The notes under the pieces are model-generated. The model searched no databases. It had not been told where the DNA came from and saw nothing but the letters and a program-made list of their open reading frames with translations. From positions 291-64,290 of the IMG/VR virus record IMGVR_UViG_3300020710_000008: a stretch of DNA of 64,000 nt. The stretch is one strand, 5' to 3'. Every line of letters starts with the position of its first letter. Within the stretch, counting starts at the first letter, position 1. The DNA is from a virus. Lineage: Duplodnaviria > Caudoviricetes. The translations under genes were made by a program, and so were the position numbers. Below, piece after piece: positions 1 through 9,627 of the stretch.

Positions 1-1264
1 GAAAGGAGTTATAGAGGGGGTCTTTGGGGAGTATCCTGCACTTATCCTTGGAAGAATTCCCAAATTCAAGAAGGAAAATTTTATTTTCATTATTACCCGT
101 AATACGGCTGTTTTTATAGCAATAGGGGCACCAGCAATTTTTTAGCTTAATATTCCCCCAGTTCGCCTTCCACTCATGACCTTCAGCACATCTCCAAAGG
201 AGGGTTTCGTTTTTGTTATTGTAGATTTCAGAGAGACATTCCCCGCTCTTTCCCAAAGCCCACTGCTTACACTCTTGTAGTTGAGAAGAACAAGTAGACA
301 CACTAAAATTAAGTTCATTCTCCGAAGTGATCCCCAATCGCTCTAACTCTTCCTTAAGATATCCCTCTATATCTCTAGCAAAATAAGGGACTTCAATAAG
401 CGTGATTCCATGAGAAGCGCATAGCTCTCTTTTGATTTGATCATCCTGTTGGCGTTGTTGAAATCGCTCCATAGTCTTTCCAAAATGTGGAATGAATTTG
501 TAGTGCTGCTCTCCATGATACTCAAAGGCTAAACGAAGCTCTGCTGAGTATCCATCTAGTTCCATTTTCCTACCTCTAGAATTAACTAACCACGGTAGGC
601 TCTTTGTTTTTTTGAAGGTTTTACCAGTGTAGATTTGGAGGAAACTACGACAACGAGGCTCTTGGGTGCGCCAGTTGCAATCAGGACATCCTTGTCCTCG
701 TTTAATGTGTGCCCAACTGGAAGAGAAACTATGACCATTGCTGCATTCAAAATTAAGATAGGCAGAATTATTTACATAGGTGTCAGAGGTAAGAGAAAAG
801 GGTTTATCTAAGCAGAATAGTCTAATAGCTTTGATTCGGGCTTCAGACTCTGTTTTGCCCAGATCCCACAGTCTTCGTTTAGAGCAAAAGGGGCAACCCC
901 TCCCTTGAGTGATTTTGTTGTGGGTAGCTAAAAACATGTGGTTTTCTTTACACCTATAGCTGTGGTTTTCTTTACATCCTCTGTATTCTGAGGCCACAAA
1001 TTCAAACCCATTATTTTTCGCAGCTTCCCTTACTGTGTGAATGGAGAGCAGTGCATGTGTTGTCTCTCTTTGAAGACACCCACATGAACGACAAGAGCCC
1101 TCAAGCACACTGCTACTAGAGGCCACATGAGAGTTGCCACAAGAACACAGCCACTCCCAGGCCACATGCCCGGTTCTACGGCTTATAGTTGACCTAATGG
1201 GAGTTAGGCGGCAATCTAGTGGGAGTCGCCTAACTATTTCTTCTCGGGTCAGCTTCTTGGACAT
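1..1264 (-). CDS. Putative homing endonuclease with zinc-ribbon repeats and a PD-(D/E)XK / Vsr-like (DUF559-type) domain; 3' end runs off the window
   Basis: Not in the ORF track because it has no stop in the window. Manual translation from ATG 1264 (SD GGAG) is open to base 2: MSKKLTREE..., repeated C..GH.[FW]...GCP.C motifs, and MELDGYSAELRLAFEYHGEQHY...DDQIKRELC...LIEVPY. Confidence 0.75.
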   Translation of the reverse strand, partial: MSKKLTREEIVRRLPLDCRLTPIRSTISRRTGHVAWEWLCSCGNSHVASSSSVLEGSCRSCGCLQRETTHALLSIHTVREAAKNNGFEFVASEYRGCKENHSYRCKENHMFLATHNKITQGRGCPFCSKRRLWDLGKTESEARIKAIRLFCLDKPFSLTSDTYVNNSAYLNFECSNGHSFSSSWAHIKRGQGCPDCNWRTQEPRCRSFLQIYTGKTFKKTKSLPWLVNSRGRKMELDGYSAELRLAFEYHGEQHYKFIPHFGKTMERFQQRQQDDQIKRELCASHGITLIEVPYFARDIEGYLKEELERLGITSENELNFSVSTCSSQLQECKQWALGKSGECLSEIYNNKNETLLWRCAEGHEWKANWGNIKLKNCWCPYCYKNSRITGNNENKIFLLEFGNSSKDKCRILPKDPLYNSF

Positions 1265-1327
1265 GTAATCTCCAACCACATTATACTTGAGTTACAGAGA
1301 AATTAGTCATAAATAGTCAAGTTCCCT

Positions 1328-2298
1328 TTAAAAAGAAAATCGGTTAATGGCCTTCAAAATGCGAGTCATAGTGGAGTCAATCTTATGCCTGTTATTTAAA
1401 TGCACCCTATTATGACATTTAACACATAAACAAGTAAGGTTACGAGGATGGTTAATAACTTCCGTTTCAAAATGGTATGTATCAGAAACCTTATGCCAAA
1501 ATCTATTAACCAGTAAATGACGCATGGTAATATGGTGAACATGGAATTTACCAGAAGTTTTTCCGCAATAGACGCATTGTTTTAGTTTACTCACCCTATA
1601 CAAATTTCTACGAGAACGAGAGCTTAGAGGGAAGATTCTCAGTTCCTTTCTTTTCCTATTTTTAATGTGCATAGGTGCCTGAGAACAATTTTTACAATTC
1701 TTTACATTCATGTTAAATGTAGCTGAAGCAAAACCTTTGTATTCAATATGACAGTTGGTGCAATATAATGTGTCCCCTTTATAGCTAACTTTTTTTATTC
1801 TAATGCTGGAATTAATTGATTCCATAAGTTTGTTCCATTCTTCTGGAGACTTTGTATTAGGGGGGATATATGCTTTCCACAGCCACAACCGAGAGTGCCT
1901 CCCCCTCCTTCAGAAACATCTCTAATCCAGTAAGTCACAATCTTACCACAATCGCATTTAAAATTCCAATAACAACGAGAATTTTTGCCTTTAAGGATAG
2001 TATGACTATAATTAATCGGGGTCAGTCTTGTGCCATGTGCCATTTTTGCTTGTATCCCTTCTACACTGGCATACTTCCATTTCTCCAGTTTACAACGGCA
2101 TCCACAGGATTTATTCCTTTTAGCCTTAAAGTGCCCCGCTTGAGTAGTATAGATATCACCACAAAAGCATTTTACTACAAAATAAGCAAAGTTTTGTCTG
2201 CCCTTAAACCTCATTTCATAGTCTAGAACCTCAAGTTCACCAAATCCATTATCAACCTTGCGGCCAATCCAGGAATCCCAATCTGCCACGCGAGACAT
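1328..2298 (-). pseudogene. HNH endonuclease gene interrupted by a -1 frameshift (ORFs 1795..2298 and 1328..1888)
   Basis: The first ORF has KCFCG/KCDCG...SCGC zinc-ribbon repeats typical of HNH N-termini. The second has CVYCG...FHVHHI...NLTCLCVKCHNRVH. The frames switch at a C6 run (G6 at 1860-1865). Confidence 0.65.
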
Positions 2299-2344
2299 AT
2301 CTTTTACTTAGCCCTTTCACGGATAGTGGCAAGGTCTTCGTCAA

Positions 2345-3346
2345 TCACCCAAATGTTTTGTTTGCCAAGTCTCTCATGCGTTCTGTATCATCCTTAATCT
2401 TTTTTGTAGATGCTTCTCTAAACTCTGGAGTGTCGAGAATTTTAAATCTTTTTTCCATAGCCGTTCTCGACCATTTATCTCCAGCACCCCAGGCTCCAGT
2501 GTTCCAATCACGCCAGAAGTAGTTCTCTCTTTGTTTAATTAGAATATTATCTTCATCTAGATGATTTTTATTGGCTGTTTTACACTGCCAACGGTTGTCC
2601 ATAGCTTTTAAACGAGCAAACAAATCCCAAAATTCTTCGTCTGTATATAGGGGTTCCGGTGTGGGGTCATTCTCCCTTTCGAATAAGTCCTCAGGGGTTG
2701 CATACCACACTTCTCTGTAAAAAGCAACAAACTCTGGGTCATACTCCTTATGATTAGGGTTAGCGTAGTTTACCAGACAGCGCCACCAATGACGATCCCA
2801 TTTTTTGGTTACTCTTTTCCCACTATCCATAATGGCGTTTTTTACCCCAGTGAGCGGGGGGAATGTTGAATTGTACAGTTCAGTAAACTCTGGATCAAAA
2901 TGAAGGGTCTTATGGGTAAGTGTCCACAAATCTGAGTAGAGATAATCGCAGCTAAACACCCTACGGCCATTCTCCATAAGTTCTTTTCTAGAAGACTTTA
3001 GCCTCTCTACTTCGGAATTAAAGGCTTCTTCTTGAGAGAGTCCATTTCTTAGGTAGTAATTAGAGGTCTTGCTCATGTTATAAGCAGGATCTAAAGTGTC
3101 CAAGTAGTGTTGTTCACGCTTTTGTATTTCTGTTTTATCACACAATTCAATTATTTGAAATTCAAAAAGTTCAGGCCCATGCTGGGTCCAAGCCTCCTGA
3201 AAACGACTAGAATGGTGCTTACCCTCATTGGCCTCTTTTTTATGAGAAGACCATCTATGTTGAATATTAATCGAAGCACCAACATAGATGTCATTGGTGC
3301 TTCGATTAATGATGGAATAAATTCCAATTAGGGCAGATTTAGCCAA
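2345..3346 (-). CDS. GIY-YIG endonuclease with atypical C-terminal repeat region
   Basis: GIYSI...IYVGAS...RWSSH...EQHYLD...YN motifs; TTG start with SD GAGAGG. Confidence 0.85.
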   Translation of the reverse strand: MAKSALIGIYSIINRSTNDIYVGASINIQHRWSSHKKEANEGKHHSSRFQEAWTQHGPELFEFQIIELCDKTEIQKREQHYLDTLDPAYNMSKTSNYYLRNGLSQEEAFNSEVERLKSSRKELMENGRRVFSCDYLYSDLWTLTHKTLHFDPEFTELYNSTFPPLTGVKNAIMDSGKRVTKKWDRHWWRCLVNYANPNHKEYDPEFVAFYREVWYATPEDLFERENDPTPEPLYTDEEFWDLFARLKAMDNRWQCKTANKNHLDEDNILIKQRENYFWRDWNTGAWGAGDKWSRTAMEKRFKILDTPEFREASTKKIKDDTERMRDLANKTFG

Positions 3347-3402
3347 CTTTTTAGTCCTCTCTTGCTCATTATACTGGAGACACTTAGGTTTACTACTTGA
3401 AA

Positions 3403-3984
3403 TTACAGGTTGCTGCGAACACGAATGGCGGTGAAGTTGTCATCAACCAGGATCACACCATTCTCATAGACGGTCTGCATGGCAGTGACAGCACACTCAA
3501 GCTCTCCGTCAAGCAGTCGGACGGTCTGGAAAGACCCATCGGCCATACGCTGGAGATCGAGGCGACCACGCTTGGAGTTCTTCATGGAGTCGGTCTTGGG
3601 CTGCTTGTAGACATCCACTTCTTCAGTGTGTCCATCGGTATAGGTGCGGGTCATGCTGCTGCACTTATAGGCGAACTGCTGGGTATCACGGTTGACGATC
3701 TGGAGTAGAGCCCCACCCATGCCGAAGGCAATGTTAGTGGCCGACCAGCCCTGCTGAGTAGCGACTTCAAGGATTTCCAGGATGGAATCGTAGTTCACCC
3801 CATCACCCTGGATGACACGGACATTGTTCAAGACCTTGTAACCCTTGGAGTTCACAGTGAATCCAAACTTACTACCCAGGAGTTCCAGGCAAGTGTGGAC
3901 CACAGTGGCAGGATGGCCGGAGTCAGGACGGATCACAACCGTAGCCTTGGAGTCGATGACTTCTTGCTTAAGCTGTTCACCCCA
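3403..3984 (-). pseudogene. nadV: C-terminal fragment of nicotinamide phosphoribosyltransferase (NAMPT)
   Basis: WGEQLK...VIRPDSG...SKGYKVL...VIQGDGV...NIAFGMGGALLQ.VNRDT..FAYK...K.PKTD..K.SKRGRL matches the NAMPT C-terminal third. The N-terminal ~300 aa are absent and there is no in-frame start. Confidence 0.85.
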
Positions 3985-4402
3985 AGTTATGCTCCTCTTT
4001 ATCCTCGGTATGTTGTTTTGGCCTCCTTTTGTTCTCAATAATCCAAGCTATGACTTTTTTCTTATTTTCGGCAGTTTCATCAATTTTAGGGCAAAGCTTA
4101 TTGATTTTTTCCACTAGACTCAAATCATAGCTTTTACCGGAAACCTGAGAGTAGTTGCTCCACAGTCCCCCTAATCGCTTTTCTTCAGGATCGGCACATT
4201 GTTGCCTAGGTCTTCTGTGGTTCTCTATCACCCATTGGATAATGTCTGCCTTATTTTTAATTTTAGTGGGTGGACAATTTTCATCTATCCATTTTTTAAA
4301 TTCAGGGCGAAAACTAGGGCTACCAGGGAAGGTGTAAGAAGAAAGGTATCGTGCTAACATTTTTTCTTCTGGGTCTTTGGACTTCTGATTGGGTCTTCGC
4401 AT
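3977..4402 (-). CDS. Helicase-associated (HA)-like repeat protein, truncated in its third repeat
   Basis: Repeats I..W..EN.RRP....DPEE..LG..W.NY; the start ATG overlaps the helicase stop (TGATG). Confidence 0.6.
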   Translation of the reverse strand: MRRPNQKSKDPEEKMLARYLSSYTFPGSPSFRPEFKKWIDENCPPTKIKNKADIIQWVIENHRRPRQQCADPEEKRLGGLWSNYSQVSGKSYDLSLVEKINKLCPKIDETAENKKKVIAWIIENKRRPKQHTEDKEEHNLG

Positions 4403-5928
4403 CAGTGAGCCGCCATCCAAGCTTCGATTCGCTCGATATTTCCATCTACATCAGCAAAAACCTTACCAGTGAGTTTACGGATCACCTCCCCCATCTTTGC
4501 GTATTCAAACTCGTTCCATTTGTCAGAGCCGGAATTCAGAGTCATCTCCTGCATCAGCTTGAGGCTCATGATCTCTTCATACATCAAAGTGTCCACGATC
4601 ACATCATGCGTTCTCTTCTTACCCTTTGGCTTCTTCCCTTCCCCGCTACGATCACGGACCCTATGACGCTTAGGGACTAGGATCTCCATGTGGCTCAGGT
4701 TCTTACCGTTGAACTTGCTGATGAAGTCTTTGTTGTTCAGACTCAGAGCAGCCTGAAGGTAGAACGAGTCCACAGCGGGGTTCATCTTGCTGGTCAGACG
4801 GAAGAAGAACTTATCCTTGCTATCAGGATGCTGGCGAAGGACTCGCGCATACAACTGATAGATACGATTGATGTTACGAGAGCAAGTGAAGTCCACCACA
4901 TTGCACAGAGTAGGCATGTTGAATCCAAGCACACCACGCCTCACCACAATCAAGACCTTGATACTCTCATCCTCGATGAACTTCCCGATATTCTCGTTTT
5001 CCACATCACCTTCGGACTCAGAGAGGATACAGCTAACACCTTTCTCGTCAAGAATAGAACGAATATCTCGTCCCTGCTTGATGGAGTGAGCAGCGATCAT
5101 AGTCTTGTTGAGTTCCCCAAAGACCGCATTGACCTTGTTGAGCTTAACCTTGGAGGCAAAGTTCATGGCATTAATGCTAGTGGCTCCAATCACGCTCTTC
5201 AGGCGGGTCACCATCTCTTCGATCAGGTCATCCAGGGAAGTAGCTGTATCCTCAGTCCTGAGGTCCACCTTGCGCTTCAGGTCACCGTGGATGTTGTAAT
5301 CGCCGGAGATGTCATCCTCCCCCTCTTCTGGGGCATCACTATCAAAGTCTTCGATCTCCTCTTCTCCCTGGCTTCTGAGGTCATAGGAAGACTTCACCAT
5401 TCCGAAGTAGGTATCCTGGACGAAGCCTTCGCCATATACCTCAACACCAGAGGTAATGTGAATAGGACGGTAGGTCTTACCCTGAAGATTATCGTAGACA
5501 AACTTGCTTGGAGTCCCAGTCAAGAGAAGTTCATGCTTGGGTTTGCAAGTCTTGATGATGCTCTGCACCAGCTTTTCAGCGAAATAGAATTCGTGGGCCT
5601 CATCCACGATCAACAGACCAAGCTCCTTTTCGTGGAGCATGGTCTTGATCTTACGAATGGACTGAGGGAGGGTGGTAATGAGATTGGTGTTCCACAGATG
5701 CTTCTCAGCGATCTCGTCATTCCATTGATCCAACAAGACCTTAGTTCCGTGGGTCAAGACCATGACGATCTCCCCACGATCTAGATAATCCTGGGCAATA
5801 GAGAGGGCCATAATGGTCTTACCTCCTGAGGGGCAAGTAGATAGGACCACAGACTTATGGTCCTTGAGGCTGTCTTTGCAAGCCGCTACAGCGGTCTTCT
5901 GGTAGGGGCGTAGTTCTGGCAGGGCCAT
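4402..5928 (-). CDS. Superfamily 2 (DEAH, ResIII-like) helicase
   Basis: LRPYQ, CPSGGKT, IVDEAH, LTGTP, GFNMP, QLYARVLR; SD GGAG. Confidence 0.85.
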   Translation of the reverse strand: MALPELRPYQKTAVAACKDSLKDHKSVVLSTCPSGGKTIMALSIAQDYLDRGEIVMVLTHGTKVLLDQWNDEIAEKHLWNTNLITTLPQSIRKIKTMLHEKELGLLIVDEAHEFYFAEKLVQSIIKTCKPKHELLLTGTPSKFVYDNLQGKTYRPIHITSGVEVYGEGFVQDTYFGMVKSSYDLRSQGEEEIEDFDSDAPEEGEDDISGDYNIHGDLKRKVDLRTEDTATSLDDLIEEMVTRLKSVIGATSINAMNFASKVKLNKVNAVFGELNKTMIAAHSIKQGRDIRSILDEKGVSCILSESEGDVENENIGKFIEDESIKVLIVVRRGVLGFNMPTLCNVVDFTCSRNINRIYQLYARVLRQHPDSKDKFFFRLTSKMNPAVDSFYLQAALSLNNKDFISKFNGKNLSHMEILVPKRHRVRDRSGEGKKPKGKKRTHDVIVDTLMYEEIMSLKLMQEMTLNSGSDKWNEFEYAKMGEVIRKLTGKVFADVDGNIERIEAWMAAH

Positions 5929-6008
5929 GTGTGATTCTCCAAAGGTATTATACTAAGGTTTTCATTAAAGTTGCCAGCCGTTTTTCTTCTGGATCTTTAG
6001 ACCCGGTG

Positions 6009-6590
6009 CTAGGTCTTCTCATGTTTCCTTCTAAGTTCTTTAGTTAAAGGACAAAGAGCATCCAGAGTCACTTTAAACTCAGGATCATAGCAACTCTGAG
6101 AAGGACAAGTGTAGCTCCCCATTAGTCCCCCTAGCTTTCTCTCCACAGGATCATCCGATGTTTTCTTTGGCCGCACACTATGCTTGTTGACGAACTCAAT
6201 GATTTGCTGTTTATTGGTGTTTATAGAGTCTCTCTTGGGGGGTGTTTCCTTTTTAACCACACCTCGTAATGGGCAGAGGGTGTCCAAAAGTAATTTGAAT
6301 GGATGGTCATAGGTGGGGCTTGAAGGAGAGGTAATTCTATTCATACACTCCCCCAATTTTCTTTCCTCCAAATCCCCTAAAGCCTTGCTTGGCCTACGAC
6401 CATTGATCTCAATAAAGGTGACAATCCCTTTCTTTTTTAATTCTGGATTAACAGCCGATGCACAATTTTCATCTACCCACGCTCTGAAATCAGGTCTAAA
6501 GGAGTGGTGTGCTGGACTAGTGTAATTAGAAAATAATCGAGCCAGCCTTCGCTCTTCAGGATCTTCAGAGAACCTGCTCGGTCTTCTCAC
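6009..6590 (-). CDS. HA-like repeat protein, paralog of 3977..4402
   Basis: Three RRP...D.EER.LG...Y.SP...YDP.F repeats; likely GTG start at 6590 after GGAGGAGG. Confidence 0.6.
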   Translation of the reverse strand: MRRPSRFSEDPEERRLARLFSNYTSPAHHSFRPDFRAWVDENCASAVNPELKKKGIVTFIEINGRRPSKALGDLEERKLGECMNRITSPSSPTYDHPFKLLLDTLCPLRGVVKKETPPKRDSINTNKQQIIEFVNKHSVRPKKTSDDPVERKLGGLMGSYTCPSQSCYDPEFKVTLDALCPLTKELRRKHEKT

Positions 6591-6627
6591 TATAAACCTC
6601 CTCCCAATGAGACAGCATTGGGAACTG

Positions 6628-6954
6628 TTAGTCAATATTCAGATTCATGCCCTGAGCATCCTGGATGGGACCAAGGCCATTGGCTATTGAAGCGGTATTA
6701 ACCTTAGCAATCACCTTGGCCATAGAGTGGACCAGCTTGGCTGTGATCTCTTCACCCATAGAGTCATAGGCTTCCTGGGAGACCTTGCATTCAAAACCCA
6801 TAGCCAGCTTACGAGCCAGTTCGATTTCCAGACCCTCAACCACCAAGAAGCCAAGAAGCATCTTACGGATGGCAAAGTTCGGAAGGAGCGTGAGATCACC
6901 AAGAGCATCAAACTGTTCGATCATCTGCATGGCAAACTTCTGATACTGGTTCAT
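6628..6954 (-). CDS. Hypothetical protein
   Basis: ATG with GGAGG SD and upstream AGTATAAT. Confidence 0.7.
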   Translation of the reverse strand: MNQYQKFAMQMIEQFDALGDLTLLPNFAIRKMLLGFLVVEGLEIELARKLAMGFECKVSQEAYDSMGEEITAKLVHSMAKVIAKVNTASIANGLGPIQDAQGMNLNID

Positions 6955-7143
6955 GGGTTATTGCCTCCACCACTATTATACTGTAGGTGGGGGAGTTTTA
7001 TCCAAATTGATTTCAAATTTCTTTTGAAATTCTTCTAAAGCTTTTAGAGCAGGGCCAGCAGGACAACCACAAGGATCATTTCTGAGGATAGGGCAAAGCA
7101 TACCGTGTACAATACCCTTCCTAATTACCTCAATATCCATAGC

Positions 7144-8319
7144 CTACCTTAAATTTTTAAGAGCTTGAAGAACCGCACACCTAGTATAATAATTGCCCAT
7201 TCCCACTTTTAACCCACGAGCATCATCTCTGATTTGATTGAAGTTAGCCACAATGGTAGCCAAATGAGGGAGATTCTCTGGGTTTTCTTCCAAATCCTTA
7301 TCCAATACCGAGACAGGAATATTAGCCTCAGTGTCCTTAGGTTCATAAGCATCATCAAAGAAAGGAATTAGGAAACGCCTCCCCTTATACTCAGAATAGT
7401 ATTCATCGGTATCAGAGGCTGAAGTTAGGACATCTTCTCTAACTGATCTGATTCCATCATCTCCGATTAGCTTAAACGTTACGTTGTTATCTTCCTTGTT
7501 GATTTCACCAAAGATAACAGAATCTTGATCATACTTGCTCTTCCACTTGAGAAGATCAGTTATACGAATATTCATAATAAAGAAAGCCTTTTCAAACTCC
7601 CCATACTTACCCTTATGCTGAATATATCCATAACCAGAGCGATTTAGAATTTCTTTAAACTCAGCCTGCTTCTTGTTGTTCTCTTCTGGAGATGCAGCTA
7701 TACCCTGAGGGTTATCAACTGATATGATCCCAAAGGTGTGAACGGATGGAACTTTACCCTTAAGGATACTCATCAGACGAGGATAGCCAGCGGCTTGCTT
7801 CTCTAAAAGCGATGATTTGAAAGCGATTCTCCTTCTTTCTGGGTATTCTTCTTCAGTTAAAATACTAGCTCTTCTGAGAATCAACTCAGGATCTTGAGTC
7901 ATATATTTAATGAATTCAGTATAACTTAACTCAATAGACTCGCCGGTCCTTAAATTATTGAATCTGCATTGCGTTTGGGGGCCAGCGTAATTGGTCAAGA
8001 AGTCGAGACAAGCCCAAAGAGCTTCGTATGAATTGATAGAGAATTCAAAGGTCCAATAAGATCCATGTCCTCTCATTCTAATAAATCCAGCCTTCATGAC
8101 TTCAGCCAAGATTTCGGCTCTACCTGGACCATCAAAGTCCCAGTCCATCTCCATGATCTTTTGATAGGTCTTTTTAGGTAAACCGATTCCTTCTGCATTA
8201 AGCTCACGCTTAATCCAAGAAGCATGTTCATCTATCCATGCGAATTGACCGGTTTTGGCATTGATCCAAGCACCTTCGTTCATTTTACTACCCTCAGTAT
8301 AGAGTTCTAAATATGCCAA
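7144..8319 (-). CDS. Two-domain phage protein; C-terminal domain DUF3293-like
   Basis: 391 aa; FGIISVDNP...SPEENNK...GKYGEFEKAFFI...YDQDSVIF resembles DUF3293-type phage domains. Confidence 0.5.
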   Translation of the reverse strand: MAYLELYTEGSKMNEGAWINAKTGQFAWIDEHASWIKRELNAEGIGLPKKTYQKIMEMDWDFDGPGRAEILAEVMKAGFIRMRGHGSYWTFEFSINSYEALWACLDFLTNYAGPQTQCRFNNLRTGESIELSYTEFIKYMTQDPELILRRASILTEEEYPERRRIAFKSSLLEKQAAGYPRLMSILKGKVPSVHTFGIISVDNPQGIAASPEENNKKQAEFKEILNRSGYGYIQHKGKYGEFEKAFFIMNIRITDLLKWKSKYDQDSVIFGEINKEDNNVTFKLIGDDGIRSVREDVLTSASDTDEYYSEYKGRRFLIPFFDDAYEPKDTEANIPVSVLDKDLEENPENLPHLATIVANFNQIRDDARGLKVGMGNYYTRCAVLQALKNLR

Positions 8320-8696
8320 TATCCTTGAAAATACCCATTGACTGTTTCAAAATCAATCTGTCTAAAAGAATAAACTAAAATTTCTCTTAGCGGACTATCC
8401 TCCCAGTCATGAGTAATAACCACTTCTCCAAGAGTATGTGAGAACTGGAGCAGATTAGTATCTTCAGGAGTGATAATGGCGATCCTATCAATCTCCCTGT
8501 TCTCTGCTGATCTGATAATCCATTTGATGGACTCATCCAGAGTTTTAGAATTGTAGTCAGAGATGAAATTCGTTCCACCAAAAGTGCATTGCCATGGATT
8601 GACATTCAAAGTTATAGCTAGCTCATCCATGTAAGCAAAATCAGCTACGGCATCACATTCAAGGTCTCCAGTGATAGGTCTTAGGACTAATGGCAT
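8307..8696 (-). CDS. Hypothetical protein
   Basis: Likely start ATG 8696 after GAGGAG; tight packing with neighbours. Confidence 0.6.
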   Translation of the reverse strand: MPLVLRPITGDLECDAVADFAYMDELAITLNVNPWQCTFGGTNFISDYNSKTLDESIKWIIRSAENREIDRIAIITPEDTNLLQFSHTLGEVVITHDWEDSPLREILVYSFRQIDFETVNGYFQGYWHI

Positions 8697-8698
8697 TT

Positions 8699-8902
8699 CT
8701 ACTCCTCGTAATGATAAACTTTCTTTTCTTGCCAGATCCCCCAAATTGTCAAGACAAAAGGGTAAAGAATGATGGCTCCAACAACAGCCCAAATGTTGAA
8801 GACAAGGGCAAGACCGAGAAATACCCAAGTAACCATGACATCACTCAGCCATAGCCTGCCCTTAATGGGGTCTACGAATTTATTTCGAAGCGACTGTAGC
8901 AT
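8699..8902 (-). CDS. Small membrane protein
   Basis: Two hydrophobic segments; start overlaps the upstream stop. Confidence 0.6.
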   Translation of the reverse strand: MLQSLRNKFVDPIKGRLWLSDVMVTWVFLGLALVFNIWAVVGAIILYPFVLTIWGIWQEKKVYHYEE

Positions 8903-9156
8903 TACTGTTTTCCTTTAAAGACTAATTCTTTTTTGGTAATCTCAGGACCGTTTCCTGATAGGGTTTCCACATACCAAATATTACCATTTGGCTCTCTGAT
9001 CAGATACCTAAAGGGGGTATCCCCATCTGGAGAAAGTGAAATTTCGCTATTTGGAAAAGTTGATTCCACACTTTTACGACAGTAATAGGCAGAGGTGGCG
9101 TTGTTATTGCACCCAACCAACATAACTAAAACGAGCAAGGAAAATAAATATCTCAT
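8902..9156 (-). CDS. Putative lipoprotein
   Basis: MRYLFSLLVLVMLVGC lipobox. Confidence 0.65.
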   Translation of the reverse strand: MRYLFSLLVLVMLVGCNNNATSAYYCRKSVESTFPNSEISLSPDGDTPFRYLIREPNGNIWYVETLSGNGPEITKKELVFKGKQ

Positions 9157-9422
9157 CCCTTGGACCCCTCTTCACGAAAAGTTCTGAAATTAGGTTTCAT
9201 ATGCTTTTTAGCCAAAAGCTCAGCACGAGAAAACCAAAACTTTTTGTTATCCCCATCTACTTTGACTTTCACCTCGGGTTCATGAGAAGTCCAATCATTG
9301 TTTTGAGTGGTATTACACCAACGGCGACCAATAGAGTATTTCTCTAGAGTCTTCCACTCTCCTTGAGCCCCAAATAAAATCATGAAGCAGTAGCGAATAA
9401 ATAGTCCGATATTGTATAACAT
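9153..9422 (-). CDS. Hypothetical protein
   Basis: Likely ATG 9422 (MLYNIGLF) after AGAGG. Confidence 0.5.
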   Translation of the reverse strand: MLYNIGLFIRYCFMILFGAQGEWKTLEKYSIGRRWCNTTQNNDWTSHEPEVKVKVDGDNKKFWFSRAELLAKKHMKPNFRTFREEGSKG

Positions 9423-9426
9423 TGGC

Positions 9427-9627
9427 TTACCTCTTTTCCAAAAAATTGAGCATTCCATCCAGTTCAACAACTGCACACAAATAACCTGAGGCCACTCCAT
9501 TATAGAACGAAGCGTCTGTTGGATTGTTGCTCCAATTAGCTTCATGCGCTCTAGCCGCTGCATGTTCTGCCTTTCTCCTGAGGATATTGCGAAGTGATTG
9601 AATAGCTGCTTTTTCTAGCTTAGTCAT
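9427..9627 (-). CDS. Hypothetical protein
   Basis: ATGA overlap with the upstream kinase gene. Confidence 0.55.
   Translation of the reverse strand: MTKLEKAAIQSLRNILRRKAEHAAARAHEANWSNNPTDASFYNGVASGYLCAVVELDGMLNFLEKR

Noticed and set aside
937-976. 16-bp direct repeat tgtggttttctttaca
   Set aside because: In-frame 8-aa duplication (CKENH) within a zinc-ribbon coding repeat.
4690-5784. 364-aa plus-strand ORF
   Set aside because: It is the antisense shadow of the helicase, explained by codon bias, and has no recognisable motifs.
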